Origin: an uncultured Chloroflexia bacterium
GTDB taxonomy: Bacteria > Chloroflexota > Limnocylindria > QHBO01
Reading direction: 5' to 3'
Assembly (NCBI GenBank): GCA_963825525.1
Contig: CAWGTN010000002.1
Span: 992,001 to 1,056,000 of the forward strand
DNA: 64,000 nucleotides
The notes under the pieces are model-generated. The model was not told the origin of the DNA, did not search any database, and was given only the letters and a program-made list of their open reading frames with translations. A program made the position numbers and the translations under genes. Shown piece by piece: positions 62,300-64,000 of the stretch. How positions within the stretch are numbered: position 1 is the stretch's first letter; each line of letters opens with the position of its first letter.

Positions 62300-63174
62300 A
62301 TGACAAGCCTGGCTGAGCTGGGACAGGAAATCGGCGGAATCGCGGAGCGCGTCGGACCATCGGTGGTCGGGATCGGCAACCGATGGCGTGGCGGCTCCGG
62401 CGTGGTCATCGGCGAGAACCGGATCCTGACGAATGCGCACAACCTCCACGGCGACGAGGTGACGATCACCTTCGCCGATGGACGAACCGCCGAGGCGAAG
62501 GCACTCGGCGTCGACACCGACGGCGACCTCGCCGTCCTCGAGGCATCGACAGAAGGCGCCGCGGCGCTGGAGCTGGGCGCCGATGCACCCGGCGTCGGCG
62601 CAGCCGTGGTGGCCCTCGGCAACCCGAACGGCCACGGGCCGCGGGTCACGTTCGGCTTCGTGTCGGGCACCGGCCGGTCCTTCCGTGGGCCGCGCGGCCG
62701 CCGTGTTGCCGGAGCCATCGAGCACACCGCGCCGCTCATGCCGGGCTCGTCCGGCGGACCGGTCGTCGACCTCGACGGCAGGCTGCTCGGCATCAACACC
62801 AACCGGCTCGGCAACGGCTTCTACCTGGCGATCGCCGCCGATGCGACCCTGCGCGACCGAGTCACCGCCCTGGGCCGGGGCGAGTCGCCGACCCGTCGCC
62901 GTCTTGGCGTTGGCCTGGCCCCATCCCACGTTGCGCGACAGCTGCGTCGCGCCGTCGGACTTCCCGAGCGCGATGGGCTCCTCGTCCGCGAGGTGGAGGA
63001 CGACTCCCCCGCCGCGAAGGCCGGGATCGCCGAGGGCGACCTCATCGTGGCGGTCGGTGGCAACGGAGATCACCAGCGCCGACGACCTGTTCGAGGCGCT
63101 GGGCGGCATCGACCCGCTCGAGATCACGCGTCGTGCGCGGCGCGGACGAGAAGCAGGTGACGGTGAGCGAGTGA
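62300..63174 (+). CDS. S1C (HtrA-like) serine protease with PDZ domain, frameshifts near the 3' end
   Basis: GSGVV, TNAH, DLAVL, PGSSGGP, GINT, SPAAKAGI. Confidence 0.9.
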
Positions 63175-63546
63175 TCGGTTTGGGCCCGACGCATTGCCGC
63201 GGCCCTCAAGCGCGGCCAGGTGATCGACATCACGACCACCGGCCGCAAGTCCGGCGAACCGCGGCGCATCGAGCTCGTGTACCACAACGTGGATGGCAAG
63301 GGATCTGATCAGCGGCCAGCCGGGCTACCCGCGCGGCTGGATCGCCAACCTGGCGCCGACCCGGCATGACCTTCCACCTGAAGCGCGACGTGGTTGCCGA
63401 CCTGCCGGCTACGCGGGCGGGTCGATCACGGATCGAGCCGAACGAGAGCGCGTTCTCGAGCCGATCGCCCGCGCTATGGGAAGGTCGACCTGGGCGTGAT
63501 GGTCGCCTCCGCGCCACTGGTCGAGGTGACCTTCCCGGAGGGGTAG
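63171..63546 (+). CDS. Deazaflavin-dependent nitroreductase-like protein, multiply frameshifted (start uncertain)
   Basis: VIDITTTGRKSGEPRRIE, RGWIANL, TFHLK, DLPA, PLVEV pieces in shifting frames. Confidence 0.7.
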
Positions 63547-63580
63547 CCGAGCCACCTGGCCGGCGGCGTAGGCTGCGCGA

Positions 63581-64000
63581 ATGTACGAGTACATCGTGCT
63601 TCTCCACGTCATCGGCGCCTTCACCTTCGCCCTGGCCCACGGAGTCTCGATGGCAGTGGCGCTGCGGTTGCGGGGCGTCCAATCTCGGGAGCAGGTGGCG
63701 GCGCTCCTCGACCTCTCGGGGCTCTCGATCATGGCGCTCTACATCGGCCTGCTCCTCCTCCTGGTCGGTGGCGTGTGGGCCGGCTTCGCCGGCGACCACT
63801 GGGGCCAGCCGTGGATCTGGGCGTCGGTCGGCGTCCTCGTCGTCGTCATCGTGGCGATGTACGCGATCGCGACGCCGTTCTACGGTCGAATGCGTGCGGC
63901 GGCCGGCGTGCTCACCGATCCGAAGCAGGTCGCGAAGTTCGGCGAGTTCGCGCCCGATGACCTCGACCGCATGCGCCGATCGTCGCGCCCGATCTGGCTG
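63581..64000 (+). CDS. DUF2269-like membrane protein (partial, runs off window)
   Basis: MYEYIVLLHVIGAFTFALAHGVS..., WGQPWIW; TAGGCT 6 nt before ATG. Confidence 0.75.
   Translation, partial: MYEYIVLLHVIGAFTFALAHGVSMAVALRLRGVQSREQVAALLDLSGLSIMALYIGLLLLLVGGVWAGFAGDHWGQPWIWASVGVLVVVIVAMYAIATPFYGRMRAAAGVLTDPKQVAKFGEFAPDDLDRMRRSSRPIWL

Overview
High-GC bacterial chromosome segment. Gene content and the many leaderless starts suggest a monoderm such as Chloroflexota (Limnocylindria-like) or an actinobacterium; this is inference only. Bases 1-6267 are visibly more A/T-rich and end at a 3' fragment of tRNA-Gly(TCC) (6268-6318), consistent with the attR end of an integrated island. The island holds the most interesting locus: three diverged paralogous small secreted proteins (121-127 aa after repair; RHxH motif, four conserved Cys, VTxxGPQQN motif) interleaved with a Cys-containing lipoprotein and adjacent to a MacAB-like ABC transporter. 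The ORF track hides these genes because of single-base indels in short homopolymers. The rest is mostly core genome: malic enzyme, sulfite-oxidase family, CoA transferase, LLM oxidoreductase, TetR/MMPL, HerA-like ATPase, S9 peptidase, trxB (with a duplicated 3' tail), a methyltransferase/FAD-oxidoreductase/cyclase/ketosynthase mini-cluster lacking ACP and CLF, ispG, an aa3-type oxidase operon whose subunit II carries an extra blue-copper domain, ctaG, a ctaA-ctaB fusion, MOSC-GNAT, Eis-like GNAT, tryptophanase, a 3-blade lectin, a PPOX-MenA fusion, ExeM nuclease, S8 protease, Fur/NiCoT, ArsR-SRPBCC and HxlR/HtrA. All family calls come from motif recognition by eye; no database search was run. 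Many frameshifts may be assembly errors.
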